Part shown: piece after piece, positions 1 through 14,199 of the stretch
Layout of the letters: each line of letters begins with the position of its first letter
How positions within the stretch are numbered: the stretch's first letter is position 1
Origin: Octopus vulgaris
Lineage: Eukaryota
Reading direction: 5' to 3'
Assembly (NCBI GenBank): GCA_951406725.2
Contig: OX597832.1
Coordinates: 25,978,001 to 26,042,000 of the forward strand
Length of the DNA stretch: 64,000 nt
Notes under the pieces: model-generated
Databases searched by the model: none
The model's input: only the letters and a program-made list of their open reading frames with translations
Told to the model about the DNA's origin: nothing
Position numbers and translations under genes: made by a program

Positions 1-959
1 TTTTTTTTTTCTTTTGGTGATTATCTGAACTCTTGGCTCAAATACTTGTTTCTTACTTAACCACACTGCCGTACCTTAGGTGCGAAGTGTGGTTTGACAC
101 CAGTGGCAATGGTACTTGAATCGCACTTTATTTTGCTGACCCAGGAGGGAAGATAACGTCGATTTCGACGGTTTTTGAACTCAGAACGCAAGCACCAGAA
201 CAGCAGGTTAAATATTAGTCTTTCGTTTAGGAAGAAAGGTACCACTTTTGAAGGGATCAACTATGTCAACACCTATCGATTCCAGTTGATTATTTTATCA
301 CCTCCAAACGGAAATATCGTAAAGCTGATCTCGGCGTTATTTGAACTCAAAACTGAGAAAAAGAAACGGAATTGTAACGGTTCTTCGTTTCAGAATGAAA
401 TCTAGCAACGAATCTACCAGCTCGGTATCTTAATTGAGCTTTTGATCACTGTTTCTTATCTGGGTTCAAGGTCAGCAATTTGATTGCAGGGTACCATTCG
501 ATAACATCGATTGCGGAATTTGGCTGGGATTTAATTTTATCGGACTCCGGGGAGATGAAAGGAAAAAATTGAAATTTTCGTCGACGCCATTTGAAATGGC
601 GGAACAAATATCGCAAAGCGTTTATTTTATTTATGTTGTTGGGTTTTTTTTTGTGGGGGTCAACGCTATAACAATTGTGCAAGCTCGTCCCCTTAATTTG
701 TGTATCAAATACTTGTTTCAAATTTTGGTTCAAGTTCATTAATTTTAGGGAGAGAAGGATATTCGTTTATATAATCCCCAATGCCCAATTGTTTATTTTA
801 TCGACTCTGAAAAGCAAAGTCGACCACGGTGGGATTTGAACTCCTATCGTAAAGAGCCGGAGTAAACGCCGTTAAATGTTTTATCCAGCAAGCTCGTCGC
901 CTTTTGTGCATCAAAAACAGTATCTAGTGAATTTCTTTGAACAAAAAGTCCGGAGAACT

Positions 960-1061
<102 letters not shown>

Positions 1062-1169
1062 CTCTGGTGGGGTTTACATATAAGTACACAAACATACACA
1101 CACACACATACACACACACTCAATCACACATGTAAAAACTCCGGAGTGATTTATACATGTATGTATATA

Positions 1170-1379
1170 CAGGGTGTGGCAGAAATACCTTCCACAGTTG
1201 AAAGGTTGACAAAAGGAAAGAGAAACAACATTTATGAAAAATTAATTTTACTGTTGTTTAAACAAAGGGTTACAGTTTTTTGTTTATTAGCTGAATGAAA
1301 ACATCATTGGCACTTGCATCAGTTTAACAGCAACACATAGGTGAAAGTTTAAAATGTGGGAAGTATTTCTGCCGCACCC

Positions 1380-1381
<2 letters not shown>
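1170..1381. mobile_element. Tc1/mariner-type MITE (~212 bp)
   Basis: Left end CAGGGTGTGGCAGAAATACCTTCCACA; right end reverse-complements to CAGGGTGCGGCAGAAATACTTCCCACA; TA on both sides; no ORF. Confidence 0.85.
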
Positions 1382-1420
<39 letters not shown>

Positions 1421-1574
1421 CTAATAAAGACTTGCATTGTGTCCTTTAAATAAATATTTATCCCTCAGTAGATAGAGTGCTTTTTTTTGTTGAATTTTCT
1501 GTCACGGAACAGCACATTATATATCTATGTGTGAGTATGTGCGTGTGTGTATGTGCGTTTGTGTGCGTAGAAGA

Positions 1575-1609
<35 letters not shown>

Positions 1610-1789
1610 TGTATGTATGTATGTATGTATGTATGTATGTATGCATTACTAACCTATCAAATCTGCAAGTAGGTTTCGAATCTCTAATTCTTTTGGCAAA
1701 ACAAAAATACTTTGTATTTACATTAAAACATTGTGTTTCTGTGCAAGTGTAAGCAAAACGAATAGGAATTCGCCCTTAACCAAAAAAAG

Positions 1790-2960
1790 TTATCTTAGAG
1801 GAAAATATTCCTTTCTATTATGGGCACAAGGTCTGGAATTTTGAGGGAGGGAGTGAGTAAGTGGAGTACAGCGTTCCCAATACTAAGCTGGTATTTTATC
1901 GACCCCGAAGGGATGAAAGGCAATTCCACCCGCCCCCCTAAGATACATGACAATGAAATATAAAAACTTGAGGGGTACACTGCGTTCGCGACTCGGGTAA
2001 GGCAAAAGGTAAAAGTTGATCTCTCAAGCGGGATTTGAATTCGAAACGTAAAAGTTGGTGATCAAAACACCACAAGGTATTTTTGTATGACGCTCAAACG
2101 ATATGGTCAGCGCACAAACTCAATGAAAAGAAAGGATTGAAAAAGAAAAGATAAAAGAAAAAGAAAAGAATTGTAAGAGAGACAGTAAACCAGGATTTTT
2201 TAGGAGGAAGCGAGCGATTATCTTGACCCCAGGAGTATGAAAGTTAAAGTTGCCTTTAGTGGGGTTTGAACTTGGAACGTAATAATATTATGTATAACAG
2301 TTTCACATATATTAACAAAGATATAAATTTGGTTGGAAAATATTGGTAATTATGTCGACCCCAGTAACTGACTGGTACTTTATTCTATCGGCCCCAGGAT
2401 AATGAAATTCAAAGTTGAATTATATATATATAATACTAATTATAACTATTTTTTACCTAGGCTCAAGTTTAGAACTATAGTGGGAGGAAAGAGGTGATGA
2501 TGTTGACCCCAGTGCATGACTGGTATTCCATTTTATCGACCACAGGAAGATAAAAATCAAAGCTGATCTAGGCAGAGTTTGAACTCAGAACAAAAAGTAC
2601 TATTATAACAATGACGTATCTAGGTACGAGGTGAAAAGTTTGGTAAGAAGAAACAGGTGACTTTGTGCCGCCCCCAGTACGTAACTGGTACTTTATTGAG
2701 CTATCTACCTCACGAAGATGACAGATGAAGTTAGCTTCGGTAGGATTTGAACTTGGAACGCAAAAAATACTATTCATAATGATTTTTAATAAGGGCACAA
2801 AGCTAGAAATTTTGGGGGACAGAACAGACGAGTTTTCTTTCCTCAGTATCTGACTGGTATTGTTATGCCATCGACTCGCAAAAGATAAAAGGCAATGTTG
2901 TACTCGGTGCGATTTGAACTCAGAACTTGAAGAACCGTAAATAATTATACCACAAAGCTT
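1790..2960 (-). mobile_element. Cluster of degenerate SINE family B fragments
   Basis: Repeated CTGGTA..TTTATCGACCCC..GATGAAAGGCAA..GGATTTGAACTCAGAAC motifs, same as better-preserved copies at 18105-18790. Confidence 0.7.
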
Positions 2961-2972
2961 TATAGAATTTAT

Positions 2973-3476
<504 letters not shown>

Positions 3477-3477
3477 G

Positions 3478-3538
<61 letters not shown>

Positions 3539-3666
3539 GCGTATAAGCGAACACCGTGTATTGACCGAAGAAAATAGTCTGATATAAGACCCCGACGGAA
3601 AAAAGTGGGTTTCCCGTATGTATGGGACTTGAACCCACGCTTCTTATAGTTGCCGTAAGTGTACCA

Positions 3667-3720
<54 letters not shown>

Positions 3721-3742
3721 TGCATGCATGTATGTATGTATG

Positions 3743-3774
<32 letters not shown>

Positions 3775-4904
3775 CATTATATCTGAATAAAGAATATAGA
3801 GAATACTTTTGATTGAACAGGGGACGACGCTGAACTAAAAAAAAACACAGGCGGCAACAATTCAGAAAGTGAAACTAGGAGCCAACTTGGGGGCCTCTAT
3901 GAGGTCAATTAGCGTACTAGAAATAACAGCCAAAGTTCATCAACTCGCAACCTACCGCCTTGAAAAGCAAAAAATTAAAAGCATAAAAAGATAGATTTGA
4001 AGGACACATTAGCTAGTGTCTTCCAAGATATACATATGTACACAAAACCATGGAATGGTCATAGTTTTGAATTTTTTTTTTTAGCATAGTTCTACCAAAC
4101 CCGGGTTGTGTACTATTTGGTTGAATAATCCGGCCAGAACAATTATAAGAATAAAAGAGAAAGATAGAAAGAAAGAAAATGTATTCTTCATTCCTTCCTT
4201 CTTTTGTTTTGTTTTGTTTTGTTGTTTTTTTTTTATTGTTTTCCAATGCGACGAGTACCGAGATTGAACATGAAAACCACTTACCTATCTGTTAAGCCGT
4301 GTAAATAGCAATGGTATTCCTTCCTTTCTGTTGTCACTGCCTGCCTGCCTGCCTGGCTATCTGTCCGTCGGTCTGTGTTTATCCTGCCTGCCTGTCTGCC
4401 TGACTGTCTGTCCGTCAGACTGCCTGTATGTTTGTCTGTGTTGGCTCAACCTGCCTCTCTGCCGGCCTCCTGCCTTCCTACCCGTATTTATATATGTCTA
4501 TAATATATCAGTTATGCATTTACATATACCTATATTTATGTGCAAGCGTGTGCGCGTGTGCATGTGCGTATGTATATGCGTGTGTATGTGTGTGTGTGTG
4601 CACTCTTCTCTCTCACTCCCACTCTCTCTCTCTCTCTTTCTTTCTCTGTGTATATATATATGTATGTGTTATGTGATGTGTGTGTGTGTATGTGCACCCT
4701 CTCACTTTATATTTAGTGTGTGCGCGTATATATATATATATGTGTATATAAGGGGATGTGCGACGCGTGCGTGTATATGTATATATATATATATGTATGT
4801 ATGTATAAATATATGTGCGTGCACGTGTGTGTGTGTACACGTGTGTGTGTGTGTGTGTGTATGTTTATATATACACGCGCTTTTGATGTTTTCAATTTCC
4901 TTCA

Positions 4905-5376
4905 GTGATTGTCCTTTTCTTTCTTTCTTTTTTTCTTAACCCCCTTCTCCTTCTCTCCCACTACCCTCCCTCCCACTCCTTCTCTCCTACTCCTCCCCTC
5001 TCTCTCTATATATATATATATCTCCTACTCCCCTCTCTCTCTCTCTCTCTTTCTCATTACCTTTTTTTAGCCTTACCAAATCTTATTCTCTCTCTTTTCT
5101 CTTTGTCTTCTTCTCTCCTCTTCCTTCTCCTCTCGTCCCTTCTCTTCTCTTTCTCTTTCTCTTTTTTCTCCTCTTCCTTCTTCTCTCGTCCCTTCTCTTC
5201 TCTTTCTCTTTGTCTTTTATTCTCCTCTCCCTTCTCTTCTTTTTCTCTTTTTTTTCTCCTCTTCCTTCTTCTTCCGTCCCTTCTCTTTCTCTTTCTCTTT
5301 TCTTTTTTCTCCTCTTCCTTCTTCTCCCGTCCCTTCTCTTTCTCTTTCTCTTTCCTTTTTCCTCCTCTCCTCTTCA
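4905..5376. repeat. Polypyrimidine low-complexity tract
   Basis: Almost exclusively C/T, with a recurring CGTCCCTTCTC subunit. Confidence 0.9.
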
Positions 5377-5439
5377 ATTAATCTTTACTATAAATTCATT
5401 CATTCATTCAGCGGTGCATTTCTTACACTCCCCCTTCCT

Positions 5440-7270
5440 TTTATTCTTCTTCTTCTTGTTGTTGCTGCTGCTTTGCATGCTGTTGCTTTTGCTGCTGCTG
5501 CTGGCCTTGTTGAGTGTTTTTGCTGCTGCCTCCCTTTTACTGTTGCTGCTGTTGTCGCACTTTGCCGCTGACGGTCTTGGCTTCTGTTCATTAATTGATT
5601 GCTTACAGTCATGTTGCTGCTGATGATGATGATGATGACGATGGCGGTGCCGGCAACGAAGACGAAGAAGAAGGCGGCGTGCTGGTGGTAAAATAATGAT
5701 GGTGGTGGTGGTGGCGGCGGCGGTGGTGGTTTGGAAGTGGTGGTAGTGGTGGCTGTGGTGGTGGTGGTGGTGGTGGCGGCAGCGGTTTGGAGGTGGTGGC
5801 GGCGGTGCTGGTGGTGGTGGTGGTGGCGGTGCCGCCAACGAAGATGAAGAAGAAGGCGGTGTGCTGGTGGCAAAATAATGATGGTGGTGGTGGTGGTGAT
5901 AGTGGTGGTGGTGGTTTAATAGTTGTATAATAGCGGTGGTGGTTTGATGATAGTGATGGTGTTGGTCTAGGTGGTAGTGGTGGTGGTGGTGGTGGTGGTG
6001 GCGGAGGTGGAGCGCTGGTGTTGTCGTTGATGCGATGGACGCGCTAACGTGATGGCGGAGGCGGTGGTGGAGCTTGTTGCGGTGGCACATTGGTGGTGGT
6101 GGTGGTGGTGGTCGTGGTCGTGGTCGTGGTGGTTGGTGGTTGTAGTGGCAGTGGCGGCGTCGGTAGCAGCGTTATTCGCGCGTTCTCCTCGTGGGTGTTT
6201 GTAACCAAGTTGTGGGTGTTAAATTTGTGGGTGTTAAAATTGTACATGTGCTTTGACGGGGCGGCGGACTGTTGTTGTTATTATCATCACTGTCGTTGTT
6301 GTAGCTGTTGCTGTTGTTGTTGCTAGTAGTGATGTTGGTGGTAGTGGTGCCAGTAGTCGTTGTCGTCGTGGTAGCGCACTAATTGGTGTTGATCAAGAGA
6401 AGGAGGGGCGGAGGAGGTCGTGGTAGAGGTGGAGCTGGTGTTGCTGGTGTTTTTGATGTGTATTTTTATGTTAAGAGTGAAAGTGAAAGTAGAGATGGTG
6501 GGGATGGCGCTGGTACTGGGAGAGGGGGGTTGTGGTACTACTGCCGCTACTACTGTTTGCGCTGTTGTTGGTGGCGTTAGTGTTGATGGTGGAGGTTGTC
6601 ATGGTTGTGGTAGTGATGCTGGTGATGACGATGATGATAGCGGTAATGGGTGGAGTGATTGTGGTGGTGGTACTGTTGTTGATGTTTGTGTTGTAGTTGT
6701 TGGTAGTGGTGATGATAGTGGTGGTGGTGGTGGTTGTGGTGGCTGTGGTGGTTGTGGTGGTGGTGGTTGTGGTGGTGGTGGTCATGGTGGTGCTGGTTGT
6801 GGTGTTAGTGTCGGTGTTCTTAGTGGTTGTAATGATGATGGCGATGTTGCTGGTGGTGGAGAGGGAGGAGGAGGTGAAAGAAGAGGTGTTGTTGGTTGCG
6901 TGGTGATGCTAGTGGTGGGAGGAATGGTGAAAGCATTGGTGGTAATAGAGATAGTACTGGTGGTGTTCGTGATGGTTGTTGTGAAGGCGGTAGTATTAGT
7001 AGTAGTAGTAGTAGTGGTGGGGATGCTGGTGGTGGTGGTGGTGACTTCATGAGGTTTGTTTCCTGTGTTTATTTGTGGGTGTTGAAGTCACAAGTTGGTG
7101 AGTGGTGGTGGTAGTGGTGACGGTGGTGGTGGTAGTAGTAGTAGTGGTGGTAGTGGTGGTGGTGGTGATAGTAGATTAGTAGTAGTAGTGGTCGTCGTAA
7201 TGGTCGTCGTGGTGGTGGTGGTGGTGGTTAAGGGCGTGATCATAATCGTAGTGATGGTGGTGGTAGTGAC
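5440..7270. repeat. Compound trinucleotide low-complexity block (GGT/TGC/GAT/GTA/GTT)
   Basis: About 1.8 kb of interleaved triplet repeats; long ORFs occur in several frames on both strands. Confidence 0.85.
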
Positions 7271-7636
7271 ACTAGACAGTTTTGGGGATGTTGTTGTTTA
7301 ACCCGAGATGACCCTTCCTAACTGAGCAAACCTAAAACCGATAGTAAATAGCGTTCCTATCATGACCATCGCTGTGGCTCGACTCCCTAGAAATAACAGC
7401 TCAACTTCCCTCATATCACAACCCTGCCTGTCATGAAAGGAATAAAACAAACTAAGGTAGGCAGTGATTTGAGGGAGATTCGACTGCTACTTCTAGCAGA
7501 CAAATTAACCACGTACAGATACTCTAGCTCACTATACGGTACGATAGGGTTAAGGTTAAAGTGGGATTTGACTGCTAGTTCTAGCAAATCGGATGACCAC
7601 GTGGGGTCTTATGGCTTTTATTTCTTTCATTTGGTG

Positions 7637-7940
7637 AAGGTCTGTGGCTTAGTGGTTAGCACATTCGGCTCACGATCTTACGATAGTGAGTTCGATTCCA
7701 AGCGACGCGTTGTGTCCTTGAGCAAGACACTTTATTTCATGTTGCTCCAGTTCACTCCACTGGCGAAACTGAGTTGTACCCGTATTTTAAAGGGCCACCC
7801 TTGCCACACTCTGTTTCACACAGAATCTCCCTGAGAACTACGTTAAGGGTACGTGTGTCTGTGGAGTACTCAGCCACTTGCACGTTAATTTCCGTTGATC
7901 CGATTACTTGGAACCCTTATCGTCGCAACCGACGGAGTGC
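7637..7940 (+). mobile_element. SINE family C
   Basis: tRNA-like head TGGCTTAGTGGTTAG..GAGTTCGATTCC followed by TTGTGTCCTTGAGCAAGACACTTTATTTCA; homologous to 21755-22010, 49594, 53298 and 53880. Confidence 0.8.
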
Positions 7941-7959
7941 CAGTTGTGTGTTTCTTCCA

Positions 7960-8147
7960 AATGTTTCATTCATTGGACTGCGGCCACGCTGGGGCACCGC
8001 CTTATTCGTGTTTGTAAGTCTGGCACTCATTCTATCGTGCTCTTTTGCCGAACCGCTAAGTTACGATGATGTAGACAAACCAGCCCTGGTTCTCCAGCGG
8101 TGATGGAGGGCAAATGCAACAACACATGCACAAAGACACATTCACAT

Positions 8148-8184
<37 letters not shown>

Positions 8185-8312
8185 TACATACATACATACA
8201 TACATACATACACACATACACACATAAATACATACATACATACACACATACACACATACACACATAAATACACACACACATACATACATACATACATACA
8301 TACATACATACA

Positions 8313-8385
<73 letters not shown>

Positions 8386-8541
8386 GCAGGAGTGGCTGTG
8401 TAGTAAGCTAACTTCCCAACCACATGGTTCTAGGTTCCGTCCTACTGCGTGAAACCTTGGGCAAGTATCTTGTACTATAACCTCGGGCCGATCAAAGCCT
8501 TATGAGTGGATTTGGCAGACGGAAACTGAAAGAAGCCCGTC

Positions 8542-8579
<38 letters not shown>

Positions 8580-8902
8580 GAATGTATATATATATGAATG
8601 TATATATATATGAGTGTGTGCGCGTGTGTGTGTGTGTATGTATGTATGTATCATTGTGTCTCTGTTCTCCTACCATCGCTTGACAACCGTAGCCTAGCCT
8701 TTCGACCGACAATATATATATATATATATATATATATACGACGGGCTTCTTCCAGTTTCCGTCAACCGAATCCACTCACAAATTTTGGTCGGCGCGGGGC
8801 CTTAGTAGAAGAAATTTGCTGAAGGTTTTGTGTAGTGAGACCGAAACCGAAACCTCATGGCAGGAAAGTAGGTTTCCTGCCCACGCAACCACGTCTGCGC
8901 CT
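7960..8902. mobile_element. Three partial SINE family A pieces in mixed orientation
   Basis: Minus-strand tail ~7960-8140, plus-strand head ~8383-8700 and minus-strand head ~8737-8902. Confidence 0.75.
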
Positions 8903-9025
8903 ATACAAAATTCAAATCGTATCGATCGCTCTTGGTTGTCGGTATTCGTCATGTTTATATTCTTAGAATTTTAGGTGACCAGCTGGCAGAATCGTTAGCA
9001 CGCCATCCAAAAAAACGCTTTGAGT

Positions 9026-9052
<27 letters not shown>

Positions 9053-9056
<4 letters not shown>

Positions 9057-9205
9057 TAAATTTACAGAAAAACAAAAGACAAAGACAGGTGTATGAACGA
9101 CAAGCAGATGTATTAGTTTCATGCTCGGGAAAGTAAGTCTTTTAAGTTTTGAGCCTACGCTCTTCGACAGAAAGGAATATGAGGAAATAAACAGAAGGAG
9201 AATTA
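9053..9205 (-). mobile_element. Short (TA)n-embedded element with hammerhead-like motif, degenerate copy
   Basis: Reverse complement of 9139-9174 is CTTTCTGTCGAAGAGCGTAGGCTCAAAACTTAAAAG; homologous to the 29047-29272 copy. Confidence 0.7.
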
Positions 9206-9210
9206 TATGT

Positions 9211-9284
<74 letters not shown>

Positions 9285-9519
9285 AAGGGTGAAAAGGAAC
9301 GACCTCCAATACACAAGTGCAAACAAGGGAGTCAGAGAAAGGCAGAATGCCACTTAAATCTGAACACTACTATAGAAATATTCTTTTAAAAAAACTTTTC
9401 TTCTAATTTTTCTAAATTTAATTATTTAATCGTTACAGTTGAAAAGGTCTCAAAATGACCGAAACCGGTACTGAAATGTTCACTATAAAATTATTTTAGC
9501 ATTTTCTATTTTTGACTTG

Positions 9520-9576
<57 letters not shown>

Positions 9577-9583
9577 ATATATA

Positions 9584-9642
<59 letters not shown>

Positions 9643-9761
9643 CCATGAATATATATGCATATATATATATATAGTAACACCCCACCACCCTGCCCTGTCC
9701 CTAGCCATATTCAGATGGCTTTATATGTTATATATATATCCCTTTTAGAGAATTATTATTG

Positions 9762-9822
<61 letters not shown>

Positions 9823-9826
<4 letters not shown>

Positions 9827-10134
9827 CGTGATCACCGTGACCGACCAGGCTATCAGATGTTGCTACATATCGCTGGTCACAATGCGCTTCGCATTGTTTT
9901 CGCCTTCAAATGACGCCACCCTACTAGCTAAGCGAGCAGACCAACAGAAAAAAGAGTGAGAGAAAGTTATGGCGAAAGAGTACAGCAGAGATCACCACCC
10001 CCACCCCCTGCTGGAACCACGTGGAGCTTTCGGTGTTTTCGCTCAATAAACGCTCGCAGCACCCGGTCTGGGAATCGAAACCGCGATCCTATAACCGCGA
10101 GTCCGCTGCCCTAACCACTGGGCCACTGCGCCTC
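9823..10134 (-). mobile_element. SINE family D
   Basis: Reverse complement starts GAGGCGCAGTGGCCCAGTGGTTAGGGCAGCGG..GGTTTCGATTCCC (A and B boxes); head also present at 20488-20602. Confidence 0.8.
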
Positions 10135-10137
10135 TCA

Positions 10138-10358
<221 letters not shown>

Positions 10359-10768
10359 GTGAAAATTATAAGGGTAAAGAAATTTAGAATAAATTTTCTT
10401 ACGGGTGGTTAGCATTCGTAATAAAAGTCAATAGACAACATATAAGAGAGTATAAGGATTTATACAGAGAGAGGCAACATAAAGTAAGCAGCAAGCACGT
10501 GTGATTTCGATACGTATTGAGCTGCATAATTATGCATTGTCTTAGCGGTCCCAGTGACAAAGTGCGGATGACAAATTAATTTATTTGTTCATTAATACAG
10601 AAACTTGTTTTTGAGGTTAACTATAAATAATTTTTGTTTTCATTCTCTTTGAAATTACTTTTTTCGTCGTTTGGGTTTGACTGCCCATTCTAGCATGTAA
10701 GGCGCACTATCAATGGGTCGCCTCTCTGAATATAAATCCTTATACACTCATACACACACACACACACA

Positions 10769-10825
<57 letters not shown>

Positions 10826-10852
10826 ACACATACACACACATATATATCATTC

Positions 10853-10958
10853 TAGGTTCAGTCCCACTACGTGGCACCTTGGTCAAGTATCTTCTACTAT
10901 AGCCTCGGGCCGACCAAAGCATTGTGAGTGAATTTGGTTTACGGAAACTGAAGCATAC

Positions 10959-10991
<33 letters not shown>

Positions 10992-11268
10992 TGTATGTAT
11001 GTATGTATGTATGTATGTATGTATGTATGTGTATATGTATGTATATGAGTGTGTGTTTGTGTGTGTCTGTGTTTGTCCCGCTGCTATCGCTTGACAACCG
11101 ATTTTGGTGCGTTTATGTCCCCTAACATAGCAGTTCGACAAAGGATACCGATAGAATAAGTACTAGGCTTAGAAACAATAAGTTCTGGGGTTGGTTAGTT
11201 CGACTAAAAGGCGGTGCTCCAGCATGGCCGCAGTCAAATGACTGAAACAAGTAAAAGAATAAAAGAAA

Positions 11269-11270
<2 letters not shown>
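10853..11270 (+). mobile_element. SINE family A, 5'-clipped
   Basis: Core plus intact tail GGCGGTGCTCCAGCATGGCCGCAGTCAAATGACTGAAACAAGTAAAAGA. Confidence 0.9.
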
Positions 11271-11347
<77 letters not shown>

Positions 11348-11527
11348 AATAAATGGTGGGGTTGTGTTGACCGCACGTGGAGAAATGATAAGTAAGGAAA
11401 AATTGTAAAAATGCAGAATGCTCAAATGAAAGAAAATTTTAATGAAATGAGAAATTGATAAAATATATAAATATATATTTATTCAAACCGGTTTTCGTCA
11501 TTGTGTGACTTGTCAAGAATATATATA

Positions 11528-11816
11528 TTACAGCTTTTACCTAACGTACCTAATCGTTTAGATCACCTGTGAACTAAGACATCATACTTTGTATAAATGA
11601 GCGTGTGTTTATTCATATATATACAATGTATATATATATATATATATATATATCTGTGTGTGTGTGTGTGTGTGTGTGTATGTATATGTATATACATTGT
11701 ATTTCGGGATGGTATTTTTTTACCTGGCTAAATAAACACACGCACATTTATACAAAGTATGGAGGTTTAGTTCACAGGTGATCTAAACGATTAGGTACGC
11801 TAGGTAAAAACTGTAA
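11528..11816. repeat. ~86-bp inverted repeat around a microsatellite spacer
   Basis: 11528-11613 (TTACAGCTTTTACCTAACGTACCTAATCGTTTAGATCACCTGTGAACTAA..) is the near reverse complement of 11731-11816. Confidence 0.9.
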
Positions 11817-12213
11817 CGGATTATTGGGGGTCCAAGTTTATAGCCGAGAAGGTAGTTATGGACCCATTGTAGGTTTCCGATGCAGCGAATATGTAATTGT
11901 TAAATGGGACGTCAAACATTAAGGCAAGGAAAACATCTCGAGTCATATATATGATTTTAGATGTTTGCTGTCCTGTTTAACAATTATATAAACACACGCG
12001 CTATATATTCGTCCTTCGTTTGTTTGTTACTGTTCTTCTTTTTAACTCATTCCATTGTCTAATACAACAGAATATTTATTATTTTGCAAAAGAAGATAAT
12101 AAAGCTTCACTTATATTCGAGTTTCGCCGAACGACAAACCAATGTCTTTACATCGGCTTATGCAACAATGAATATATTAACTGACAAAAGTGTCTACATA
12201 TAAATATATATAA

Positions 12214-12294
12214 ATACATACATACATACATACATACATACACACATACATACATACATACATACATACATACATACATACATACATACATACA

Positions 12295-12325
<31 letters not shown>

Positions 12326-12668
12326 CATACATACATACATACATACATACATACATACATACATACATACATACATACATACATACATACATACATAAAT
12401 ACATACATACATACATACATACATACATACATACATACATACATACATACATTACATACATACATACATACATACATTACATACATACATTACATACATA
12501 CATACATACATACATACTTACTAGAAAAAAAATGTCTTTCAAAATGCAACCGCGTGTGTATACATACATACATACATACATACATACATACACACATACA
12601 TACATACATGTATGCATGCATTCATACATACATACATAAATACATACATACATACATACATACATACA

Positions 12669-12699
<31 letters not shown>

Positions 12700-12730
12700 C
12701 ATACATTACATACATACATACATACATACA

Positions 12731-12761
<31 letters not shown>

Positions 12762-12795
12762 CATACATACATACATACATACATACATACATACA

Positions 12796-12826
<31 letters not shown>

Positions 12827-12904
12827 CATACATACATACATACATACATACATACATACATACATACATACATACATACATACATACATACATACATACA
12901 TACA

Positions 12905-12935
<31 letters not shown>

Positions 12936-12941
12936 CATACA

Positions 12942-12972
<31 letters not shown>

Positions 12973-12982
12973 CATACATACA

Positions 12983-13013
<31 letters not shown>

Positions 13014-13081
13014 AATACATACACAGAAATACATACATACATACATACATACATACATACATACATACATACATACATACA

Positions 13082-13136
<55 letters not shown>
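12214..13136. repeat. Long (CATA)n array with CATTA variants
   Basis: Direct reading. Confidence 0.97.
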
Positions 13137-13137
<1 letters not shown>

Positions 13138-13259
13138 TCTTTATCTGCTCTTACTAGAAAAAAAATGTCTTTCAAAATGCATATCGGGAAAATGTTTAAG
13201 ATATTACACCGAAATGGATGCAACAGCTCGTACTGCTTCCCTTGCACAGATTTTTTTGT

Positions 13260-13335
13260 GTCGTCTGCCACTGCTTTGCGTCTGCCACTGCTTGTCGTCT
13301 GCCACTACTTGTCGTCTGCCACTGCTTTGCGTCTG
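13260..13335. repeat. ~17-bp minisatellite CGTCTGCCACTGCTT(TG/GT), about 4 copies
   Basis: Direct reading. Confidence 0.85.
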
Positions 13336-13462
13336 ATGCTAAGTCCGACAATAAAACTCTGAAGCCTATGATGTCATGTAGTTTATATTAATTTTACAGA
13401 ACTTAGAAGAACAATCTTATGAAAAATAAGTAACATAGTTTCAATGTTGTTCCAATAATATA

Positions 13463-13740
13463 TGATTTGATTTGATTTGATTTGATTTTATCTAGTTTCA
13501 GCTTACGAACTGTGGCCATGCTGAGGCACCGCCATTTGGTGTTGCTCCATAATTTTACTTCACTAATTCTTTTTAGAAATTGATATTTGGTGCATAAGGG
13601 AGCTTGATGTCGCTGCCGTCATCTGCACTTCCTGTTGTTAAGTTGGTTCATCTGGATCACTTGATAGTAAGAGGTCCAGCTTTATTTTAAAGACACCTAC
13701 ATCCACCCCGTGTAAGACTCTCCGGTCCTTCGGGAGGATA
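13463..13740 (-). mobile_element. CR1-clade LINE 3' end, 5'-truncated
   Basis: Reverse complement translates ILPKDRRVLHGVDVGVFKIKLDLLLSSDPDEPT..AATSSSLMHQ, matching the CR1-type ORF2 end LP..FK.KLD.FL...PDEP..AA.SNSL..Q; short 3' UTR and (ATCAA)n tail. Confidence 0.8.
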
Positions 13741-13751
13741 TATATATATAT

Positions 13752-13925
13752 AAAGGGAAATCTTACGAAAATAAACAAAAGACGAAGGCAGGTGGAGTAC
13801 AAACAAATGAATGTATTAGTATAGCGCTCAGGAATAGAAAAAGTCTTTTACGTTTCGAGACTACGCTCTTCGACAGAAAGATACACAGAAAAAAACAAGG
13901 AGAGAAACAAGGAGAGAAAAAACTA
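13752..13925 (-). mobile_element. Short (TA)n-embedded element with hammerhead-like motif
   Basis: Reverse complement of 13845-13880 is CTTTCTGTCGAAGAGCGTAGTCTCGAAACGTAAAAG. Confidence 0.8.
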
Positions 13926-13952
13926 TATATATATGCATATATGCATATATAC

Positions 13953-13990
<38 letters not shown>

Positions 13991-14039
13991 GTATACATGT
14001 ATATGTACATATATATGCATATATGTACATATTTATGCA

Positions 14040-14076
<37 letters not shown>

Positions 14077-14199
14077 GTATGTGTGTGTGCGTGTGTATTT
14101 ATATGTATGTATGTGTGTGTGTGTGTATTATGTATGAAATTATAGATAATAGACCATTTTTTTGATAAATATACAATTTATCATAAACACAAAATTATT

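Noticed and set aside
5404-6090. His/Pro-rich 228-aa ORF as a transcription-factor exon
   Set aside because: Several overlapping frames are equally open, the internal duplicate is read in different frames and no domain is recognisable.
3610-10134. tRNA genes at A/B-box motifs (for example 3610-3670 and 10060-10134)
   Set aside because: They continue into repeat bodies or lack a complete cloverleaf, so they are better read as tRNA-derived SINE heads.
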